In this document: positions 54,496-64,000 of the stretch, piece after piece
Layout of the letters: every line of letters begins with the position of its first letter
Numbering within the stretch: position 1 is the stretch's first letter
NCBI RefSeq assembly: GCF_006345805.1
Contig: NC_043006.1
Span: 97,402,001 to 97,466,000, forward strand
DNA length: 64,000 bases
Source: Octopus sinensis
Lineage: Eukaryota
Reading direction: 5' to 3'
Notes under the pieces: model-generated
Database searches by the model: none
The model's input: the letters and a program-made list of their open reading frames with translations, nothing else
Told to the model about the DNA's origin: nothing
Made by a program: the position numbers and the translations under genes

Positions 54496-55509
54496 AACTT
54501 TTTCAATCCCCGAGCGCTATACTAATGCATCTGTTTGTTTTCTACACCACCTGTCTTCTTCGTCTTTTGTTTTTTTTTTTCGTGAATTCTCCCCCTATAT
54601 CACACGCTCACATGGTCGCACCAGTTGATCCTGTCTCCTCTCATCACCCACGAAATTCTCCACTGGACTTTCTACCTTTCTACCCTTTACGGATTCTCTT
54701 TTGGACTTTTTACACTCTGGTTTCACCTCTCCTACCTATGGATTACTCTGGACTCTACTTTTAATAATTACTAATAATTAGTTGCTTCTAACCATTCCTC
54801 TATGTTGTCACGTGTGTTGTTTTTATTTTCCATTCTTGCTTGTTAATCTTTCTATATGTACCACCCCTCTCGTCTTCGACTTTGTTATATTTGTTGTTAA
54901 TTTTGAAGCAATATAATGTGTGAGCGTATGAGTACGTGTATGTGCATGTGTGCGTGCGTGTGTGCGTGTTTGTGTGTGCGTGTTTGTGTGTGTGTGTGTT
55001 GGAATGTATCTTTATGTATTAACGTGTGAAGGTGCCCATGCGGAAAAGCATAGTCAGCAATTGTCAATTTTTCATATGCAGCATTATACTAGTGTCCAAC
55101 TTATCCATTCATTTTCTCTATTTTACCGGAGCATACACACACATACACACACACACACACACACACATACACACGCACACACACATGCACAAATACAAAG
55201 AAAGTGTGTGTGTGAGAGAGAGAGTGAGTGAGAGTGAAAGAGTGTGTGGTGTGTGTGTGTGAGAGAGAGAGAGAGGGGGAAAATTGAGATGAGAGACAAA
55301 GCTTTTGGCTGTTTGTGTTGTCTTAGAACGAAACCTGATATTGGCATGCTCATTAAGGTAGTCAAAATGTAATAATTAAATAATTAAATAATTTGTCAAG
55401 ATAAAAAGAACTGATCTTCCTTCCTATTCCATCTGAAATACAGAAAAACTCTGCAACCCACTAGAATGAGAGAAAAAAAACTGTGAGCGTTATGAATAAT
55501 ACTAATACA

Positions 55510-56768
55510 CGCAGAAGGATGTCGATTAGAACGACCCCTGTACGTAACTTAATTTATCGAGCCCGAATGGATAAAAGGCAAAGTCGACCTCGGCGGAATT
55601 TGAACTCGGAATGTAGCGACAGACGAAACACTTATTTCTTTACTACCCACAAGGAGCTAAACACAGAGAGGACAAACAAAGACAGACAAACGGATTAAGT
55701 CGATTATATCGACCCCAGTGCGTAACTGGTACTTATTTAATCGACCCCGAAAGGATGAAAGGCAAAGTCGACCTTGGCGGAATTTGAACGCAGACGAAAT
55801 ACCTCTAAGCATTTCGCCCGGCTTTCTTACGATTCTGCTATCTCGTCGCCTTGAAACATACTGTAATATCAATAACGGGAAAGACAGCAACAATGTTATT
55901 GTAATAATTCTTTAAAACTTTTTTTAAGGCAAGCAGTTCCGAGGGGATGGGTCAAGCCGATTATGTCAACCCGAACACTCAATTGGAACTTATTTTAAGG
56001 ACTCCGAAAAGATGAAAGGCAAAGTCGACCGCATTGAAATTTGAACTCAGAACGTAATGAACTAGAAGAAACACCGCTAAGCATTTTGTTGAGACGCACT
56101 AGCGATTCTGTTAGCTCACCGCCTTGATAATTAGTTTGAAATTTTTGGCACAATACAAGAAATTTCGGCTAAGGGGATGAGTCAATTAGATCGACACCAG
56201 AGCTCATCTGCCATTTATTTTATCGACCCCGGGAGGATGAAGGGCAAGTCGACATCGGCGGAATTCGAACTCAGAACGTAAAGATGGATGAAGCGCTTCT
56301 AAGCAGTTTGCTCCGCGTGATAACGTTTGTTATTTCTTTACTGCCCACAAGGGGCTACTCACAGAGGGGACAAACAAGGACAGACAAACGGATTAAGTCA
56401 ACTATATCAACCCTAATGCGTAACTGGTACTTATTTAATCGACCCCGAAAGGATGAAAGGCAAAGTCGACCTCGGCGGAATTTGAACTCAGAACGTAGCG
56501 GCATACGAAATACCGCTAAGCATTTCGCCCGGCGTGCTAACTTTTCCGCCTGCTCGCCGCCTTAATAATGGTTCCAAATTCTGGTACAAGGCTAGCAGCT
56601 TCGGGGAGGGAGCAAATCGATTACATAGACCCCCAGTGCTCAACTGGTTGTTAGTTTATCGACCCCGAAATGACGAAAGGCAAAGTCGACCTCGGCGGAA
56701 TTTGAACTCAGAACCTAAAGACGGACGAAATGTCGCTGTGCATTCTTCCGGTAACCCCATTAATAATA

Positions 56769-56830
<62 letters not shown>

Positions 56831-56962
56831 TAATAATAATAATTCATAATAATAATAATAATGATGATGATGATGATAATAATAATAATAATAATAATAA
56901 TATAATATAATAATAATATGATGATAATAATAATAATAATTAATGATGATGATAATAATAAT

Positions 56963-57026
<64 letters not shown>

Positions 57027-57034
57027 TGATGATG

Positions 57035-57084
<50 letters not shown>

Positions 57085-57200
57085 TAAAATAATAATAATT
57101 GTTTCAAATTCTAGCTCATGGCTAGCAAATTTGGAAGGCGGGGTCTAATCTATTACATCAACCTCGGTGCTCAACTGGTACTTATTTCAGCCAGCTCGCT
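55510..57200 (-). mobile_element. Cluster of SINE family B copies and dimers with a long (TAA)n/(GAT)n tract at 56760-57100
   Basis: Repeated gcaaagtcgacctcggcggaatttgaactc segments at about 55580, 55760, 56020, 56250, 56460 and 56680. Confidence 0.85.
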
Positions 57201-57437
57201 ACTTTAATAATAGTAACAATGTTTTGGCATGTGTTTCATTTAATTTTAAAATAAAGTATACAGGAGAAGAAAAATGGAGTCATCATAAGATGACACAGTA
57301 TTTTTCACGAAATATCATCAGCTATTGAACTTCTTCAATCGTTTAATTTTTCCTTCCATTTCTTCCTTCACTATTTTTCCAAATGCACGTATTTTCTTAT
57401 ATAAATAAGAGTTGTTATTGTGTTGTTGATCTTGATC

Positions 57438-57469
<32 letters not shown>

Positions 57470-58165
57470 GCGTTCTTCTTCTTCTTCTTCTTCTTCTGTT
57501 ATTTTACTGTGAAAACACTTCTTTTTGCAACATACTCACAAAGCTCTATTTAATTATCTTGTATAATTAAAACACGCTTCTTTTACGTGGTACGTCTTCT
57601 TACGCGTTGAAAACAATAAATAAATAAATAAATAAATAAATAAACATCAACTAAAACCATAAGAAAAAGAAAGAAAACAATGATAGAAACATAAGTACAA
57701 AAATCAATACAAAAATTTCAACATTGTTTTGCTCTTTCCGAAAAAAATAAAATAAGTAACCAACAAAAGCAAAAGTTGTTTCTAAAAATTCAGAAGCTAA
57801 AACAAAATGTCTACCTCGAAGCGGAATACACAGTTTGCTGCATGCGTATGTGCTTATATGCGCGTACTAGTGTGTGAATATGTGTGCGCGCGCATGTGTG
57901 GGCATAGGCGTGGCTGAATCGTTAAGAACTTCTTTTCGTAATCACGACATCACAGGTTCAGTACCAATCAGACGTATGCTAGGCAACTTTAGCAGGGATG
58001 GCTGTATGGTTAAGAGGCTCACATTTTAACCAGGTGGTTTCAAATTCAGTCCCACTTCGCGGCATTCGGCGCGAGTATCTTCTACCCTATGACCCAGGTT
58101 CGACCAATGCATTGCGAAATTTGTAAACGGAAGCTGTGAGGAAGCATCCAAATGATATGTATGTG

Positions 58166-58203
<38 letters not shown>

Positions 58204-58516
58204 CTAGCAGTATCGCTCGGCGTTGCTCGGGTTTTGTAAGGGAAATAACTATATAAGCATTTTTAGAGAGTTACTTCCCTTATATAAAACCGAGTAAAAG
58301 ATGCATTTACAAAAACGAAAAAATGATGGTAAATTTTTTTTTTAATCGTAGACTCATCGTAGACGTGCGCTAATACCCAGAAAGGGCTCGATATGAATCA
58401 CGACTATAAGATACCCGCTTTTGGTTAAACTGCACCGCAAAATGTGGGAGTAGTTAGGAATCTAAATCGGAGTAGACAGACTCTCACACACACAACTTCA
58501 GTTTTATATATAAAGA
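58204..58516 (-). mobile_element. Non-autonomous Helitron, copy 3 (about 100 bp internal deletion), inserted in (TA)n
   Basis: Same termini; segment between two TTTTTAGAGA repeats is missing. Confidence 0.78.
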
Positions 58517-58527
58517 TATATATATAT

Positions 58528-58825
58528 GTGAGTGGATTTGGTAGACGGAAACTGAAAGAAGCCCGTCGTATATATATATATATATATACATATGTGTGTG
58601 TGTGTGTGTGGTGTGTGTGTGTGTTTGTCCCCCTAGCATTGCTTGATAACCGATGCTGGTGTGTTTATGTCCCCGTTACTTAGCGGTTCGGCAAAACAGA
58701 CCGATAGAATAAGTACTGGGCTTACAAAAGAATAAGTCCCGGTGTCAAGTTGCTCGACTTAAGGCGGTGCTCCAGCATGGCCACAGTCAAATGACTGAAA
58801 CAAGTAAAAGAGTAAAAGAGTAAAG
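58528..58825 (+). mobile_element. SINE family A 3' two-thirds
   Basis: Matches the A consensus from gtgagtggatttggtagacgg onward. Confidence 0.85.
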
Positions 58826-58854
58826 AATAAATAAATAATATAAGTAGATATAGC

Positions 58855-59210
58855 AGATGTAGTTCGAAGACTGAAATGAGGAGGAAGTGTAACTAGAATT
58901 GGATTAGAAAAGAAAATTAATGCTTAAACTCATTAAGTAGTTAGGTTGTATATAGGCAATACTAAAGTTAATGTATATTGTGTTTTAAAAAGAGGGGAAG
59001 CGACAGTTAAATAAGGCAGTAATTGATATTAAATAGGGGAAAGAACTGTAAGTGGTAACACTGGAATAAAATGGATGGATGAATTATACTAAATTAATTG
59101 AAATGGATTAGCTGAATGTGTGAAAATCATGTTATAGTATTTGAATGAATGGAGTAGAAGGTGGAGCTACAAAGTAAGTGTGGTAGGAGAAGCAGATGTC
59201 ATGGAAGATG
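58855..59210 (-). pseudogene. Very old jockey-like RT fossil
   Basis: Minus-strand DDICFSYHTYF motif and similarity of downstream segments to the post-YADD region of jockey-like RTs. Confidence 0.35.
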
Positions 59211-59444
59211 TTGATTTATAAAGATGATCCAAAAGATGCAATGGGTTAAGTATGGCCTAAATCAAGGCCAGGCCGTAAGCGAGGCGACACTCCGCATATG
59301 AAATATCGAGCATGATTAAATAGACTTATCCTTGAAGTGAAGAAGACTTCTTGTGAAAGCATAGCTAAAACTTTTTTAAACCAATTAAACACGAAACCAA
59401 ACAAAAATAGAACAATATTTGATAGTAAGTATACATAAACATTC

Positions 59445-59620
59445 TCTTATTCTTTTACTTGTTTCAGCCATTTGACTATGGTCATGCTGGAGCACCGCCT
59501 TGAAGGGTTTTTGTCGAGCAGGTCGACTCCCAGAATATATTTCTTTAAGCTTAGTACTTATTCTATCGGTATATTTTGTCGAACCGCTGAGTCACTGGGA
59601 CGTAAACACACCAGCACTGG
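59445..59620 (-). mobile_element. SINE family A 3' fragment
   Basis: Tail and gaccgatagaataagtact segment. Confidence 0.75.
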
Positions 59621-59649
59621 ATTTGTGCAAAAGAAAATAAAGAAGGATC

Positions 59650-59799
59650 AGTTAATTATGACTTTATTCAGCATATTCCCCTCTCTGATTCGCGCACTTA
59701 ATGCAGGGGTACTTCAGAAAAAGAACTCGGAAGGTCAGGACTCCAACCATGCCCTTCGCGACACCCTTAAATCCAGAAACTTTTCAGCACCGTCTCTTA
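59650..59799. mobile_element. Probable mariner-type element end
   Basis: ccagaaacttttcagcaccgtctctta resembles a mariner TIR; partner end not seen. Confidence 0.35.
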
Positions 59800-60290
59800 T
59801 ACATAGTCGCATACCTCCTCAAAGACATACAGCATCTCGAAAGAGTCCAGAAGCTGGCTACCCGCATGGTTCATGGTCTCAAAAATTTGTCCTACGAAGA
59901 AAGGCTGAGGACGCTCGACCTTTATTCTCTTGAAAAACGCCGCCGCCGTGGTGATCTCATTCTCGCCCACAACATCATAAGCGGAAAGTGTAACCTCTCG
60001 AAAGAGCTGTTCTTCACTCCTGCTCCAGAGCGTCGGCTGCGGGGTCATTCCGAAAAGCTCTACCTGCGACGATTTCATCTTAATCGAAGGAGAGGAGCTT
60101 TCTCCGTCCGGGTTGCGGATCCGTGGAACAAGCTGCCAGACGAGATGGTGAAGATGCCGACGACCGCTTTGTTCAAAGCCTCCCTGGACCTCAAGTGGCC
60201 TGAACTCTTTACATGAACACCACCCTGTACTTAACTCCATGTCCCCCTACATGGCCTTGCTATTTTCTTTTGAGCCAAATTAACTAATTA
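59800..60290 (+). mobile_element. CR1-clade LINE 3' fragment with intact ORF2 C-terminus
   Basis: YLLKDIQHLERVQKLATRMVHGLKNLSYEERLRTLDLYSLEKRRRRGDLI...RGHSEKL...FSVRVADPWNKLP...FKASLD; tail taactaattaa. Confidence 0.9.
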
Positions 60291-60790
60291 AATTATATGT
60301 GGATATGAACATATGCACATATGAATATAGATACACCAATTAGACACTTGGAAATAGTCATTTGGAAATACATTCAAATGGATCAATATAGAGAATTATA
60401 AGAGTATGGACACAGAAATACTATTAGACATATGCAAAAGGTAATCCCAATAATACACACACACACGTCCTAAAGATGTTTCATTTTCCGTATGATGGCT
60501 TTTATGATAGAGGTAATTAAATTGAAATTTTCAAAAATAGGAAAAACTAGATGTGTTGTTCAGATGTTTAGATTGTTATCTAGTATAGTCATAAATCTAT
60601 CAAGGCATACACGTATTTAAGCACCCACCCTCTATGCATACACACATTCACATACATACATACATGCGTACATACATACATATATACCTACATACATACA
60701 TATATACAAGCAAACAAGCATATATACACATACATACATATATATATATACATATATATATATATACATAATATATATATATATATATAT

Positions 60791-60828
<38 letters not shown>

Positions 60829-60941
60829 CTATATATTATATATATATATATACATATATTTTAAAACTGATATAATACCTACATCGTTTAATTAAATGAA
60901 GTAGCATGAGACGATTGTACTACAATACCTTGCTTATTTTG

Positions 60942-61030
<89 letters not shown>

Positions 61031-61709
61031 TTCAGGTGCGGTTTTTTGATAAACCACAAAAATGGTGAAATATCAACATCCATCAATGCGGAATGGGATT
61101 TGGGGCGTGTTATTTCGCCCCACTGTGAGTTTTAGGCGAACCGGGGAACAAGCAAAATGCATACACGTATATTTGAAGGCTCCTAGAGGACGAAGAAAAA
61201 TACCCGATTCCCATCTTTCTACGATCAAAACTTTAATGCAATCGTTGTTACAGATACGAACCAGAACGTTGTTATAATGGGCAAATGAATTTGCAAATTG
61301 ATTAAATACTCTATATTCCATTTGTACACACAACCTCAGTTGTTAGAAACTTAAGACATATTTGAAGTAGTTAAACTACAGTTTTTAAATATTTATTTTC
61401 TTCGCAAAGAGAAATATACAGGAAACTGTCTTAACATTTGGGTCTAAAGTATTTAGTTAAGTTCTTATTTGTGTTTGATTTCAATATCTATAAAGTTCTT
61501 TCACTAGAAAGATAAGGATATTTTTTTCTGGTGGCTGCTCATTGAATCGTGACTCCTGCCAGGAAAATCTTTTATCTGCTGTGTGAACGGAGAATAGCTA
61601 GATGTACTTCTCCCTGATTAAAATTTAAGACAACAGGTTTTTAAAACTGGATTTCAACTAGTTAAAATTTATCTTACTTTTCTGATATAGCCCGTGACGT
61701 TCAGAAATG

Positions 61710-61813
61710 TTCTTCTTCTTCTTCTTCTTCTTCTTCTTCTTCTTCTTCTTCTTCTTCTTCTTCTTCTTCTTCTTCTTCTTCTTCTTCTTCTTCTTCTTCT
61801 CTTCTTCTTCTTC

Positions 61814-61847
<34 letters not shown>

Positions 61848-61863
61848 CATCATTATTATTATT

Positions 61864-61913
<50 letters not shown>

Positions 61914-61935
61914 GAAGAAGAAGAAGAAGAAGAAG
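61710..61935. repeat. Palindromic compound microsatellite (TTC)n(TTA)n|(TAA)n(GAA)n
   Basis: Centre of symmetry at 61866/61867, no spacer. Confidence 0.92.
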
Positions 61936-62229
61936 ACCGGGGACGTTTAACATGTGAGAACGATAAAACACTGCTCCGAAATCTATCCAAAAATATAGGG
62001 AAAAAAGACATCAATGGAGCCAAAAATAACTGACAAGGTGTTGGACTATATCAGAGTAAGTAATACTCATTGAAATTTATTTCTATTTCCCAAATGAAAC
62101 GATGTATTTTAACTGGATATCATCTCCATTGCTCGCACAGCACACGTAAACACGCTCACCACATTGCAATCCAATCAACACCAGACCATTCCCAAATACC
62201 TCGGGAAGTACGTACTTTAAATTTGTTAC

Positions 62230-64000
62230 ACACAAAGCACGAAAAACTATGCGTGCAAAACCATGAACAGACCGGTACCCAACGAGAATGATGACCGTCA
62301 AAACAAAGCGCCGGACATTATTCCTCATGTGCCGCAAATAAAAATCATAAATGGACACGTGAGGAATATATTTTAATCCTACGCGCTTATTTTACAGCAG
62401 TGCCCTACCCCAAGGACGAAAACTCCACAACACATGCTTATAAATTCTGGAAGAAAAATAACCAAGATAAAGACTTGGATACAGCAATGAACCGTAATAA
62501 ACTAGCTAACATACAGATATATATTCTCAAAACAAAACAAATATCAGAAAAAGAAATAGACCACTTAAAAGGAAAGATACATCAAGAAAATGTGGGTAGT
62601 AGCCACACAGCAATGCCAAATAATACCATAAGTACTGGGACTGTAAAACACGAAGACAGACGTAACATGTCCAATAAAAACGAAATAAACAACGAAAGGC
62701 AACAAGCCCAGACCGTAGGAATGTATAATGGTGGGCAAAATGCACCAAAGCAGAGCACCACAGATAAAAATATGAACGGAAGAGAATACGAAACAAATAT
62801 AAAACCTGGAAACAGTGTAGGGGAAGCTAATTATTATGATACTCTAAAAATGAACATAATCAAAGAACTGAAAGTCACAGATCTCAGTATGGGCCACCGA
62901 TTGCACCCCCCCCCCAAAAAAAAAAAATTAAAATTGATACTAAAACAACATCAATAATAAATAGCATGAACCTGGCCGCCACAGAATCAAATGTCAATAT
63001 GATCAGGCTAAATAATATAATATAAGCTGCAGCCTCTGTGGTCAGAAAAGAGGCTGGATACTCCCTCAAACCAATCCAAACAGGAGTACCACCATCCAAA
63101 CAAACCTTGTGGATAGATAATATCCAGAAAAAATACAAAACAAGAGAAAGGATCTGCTAATCCTTAACAAAACTAGTAGACAATCAACACTACTAAGCAA
63201 CAAGAAGAGGACAAAATACTGGGTAAATACAAAATTACAGAAAAAAGGTACTCTGAGGCAAAAGAACAGCTAAAGCAAGATATCGTCATCAAAGCACAAA
63301 GAAACCGCTGGTATGAGAAACGCCAACGTTTTTTTGAACAAAACGAACATTTCAGCTCCAACGACAAAAGATTTTACCAATAACTTGGACAAAAATAAAA
63401 TAGAGATCAATGCAGCACCAACAGCAGAAGTGGAACAATTTTGGAAAGGAATATAGTCGGCGAAGGAACAACCTCAAAAAAGGTATATCAAAACAACGAA
63501 TACAGCACCTGAACAACTCTGGACCCCTATAACAACTGAAGAGGTCACCCAGGCACTGCAAAAGCTAAGCAAGGGGAAGGCACCCGGGCACGATAAGATC
63601 CCCAACTTCTGATTAAAATACCCAACAGGAACACATAAAAAGCTGGCTGAGAAATCTAATAGCATCCTAGCAGAGTCAGAGACAATGCCTGAATGGCTCA
63701 CGGATGGGAAAACTATCCTAATTCCCAAATCCACTGAAACGGCAAATCCACAAAATGACAGACCAATAACTTGTCCCTCTACAATTTACAAAGCCTTTAC
63801 TGCAATAATATCGCAGAGAATGAGCAAGCATCTGGAAGAAAACAACCTGTTTCCAGAAGAGCAGAAGGGATACTGCAAAAGATCAGTTGCTGATCCGTAA
63901 AGCCATAACTGAAGACAGCCGCAGACAGAAGGGTCAAAGTATGACATGGATCGATTACCGAAATGCTTTTGATACTGTTCCCCACACATGGATCCTAGAA
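62230..64000 (+). mobile_element. R4/Dong-clade LINE 5' region and start of RT (decayed, runs off window)
   Basis: KWTREEYILILRAYF N-terminal motif; KAPGHDKIPNF, PEWLTDGKTILIPK, RPITCPSTIYKAFTAII, LFPEEQKG, WIDYRNAFDTVPHTWIL. Confidence 0.88.

Overview
Repeat-dense eukaryotic DNA, most consistent with an octopus (octopod cephalopod) intron or intergenic region. The organism call is inference from recurrent tRNA-headed SINE families and very high (TA)n/(CA)n/(TATC)n/(TAA)n density. No complete host gene is recognisable; only a few low-confidence exon candidates exist. The window holds two 5'-truncated L1/Tx1-type LINEs inside one (TATC)n array, four R4/Dong-type LINE pieces tied to (TAA)n tracts, two Penelope fragments, hammerhead-like relics, CR1 and jockey-like LINE fossils, one full-length decayed mariner plus remnants, several MITEs, three non-autonomous Helitrons, a 13-bp minisatellite, dozens of SINEs (some concatemeric or module-shuffled) and a 100-N gap. 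The most notable signals are apparent (TATC)n target specificity of the Tx1 family, headless SINE concatemers with a recurrent junction, an inverted duplication showing filled and empty sites of a TTAGGG-carrying MITE, and a palindromic compound microsatellite. Coordinates were read by eye and may be off by a few bases.
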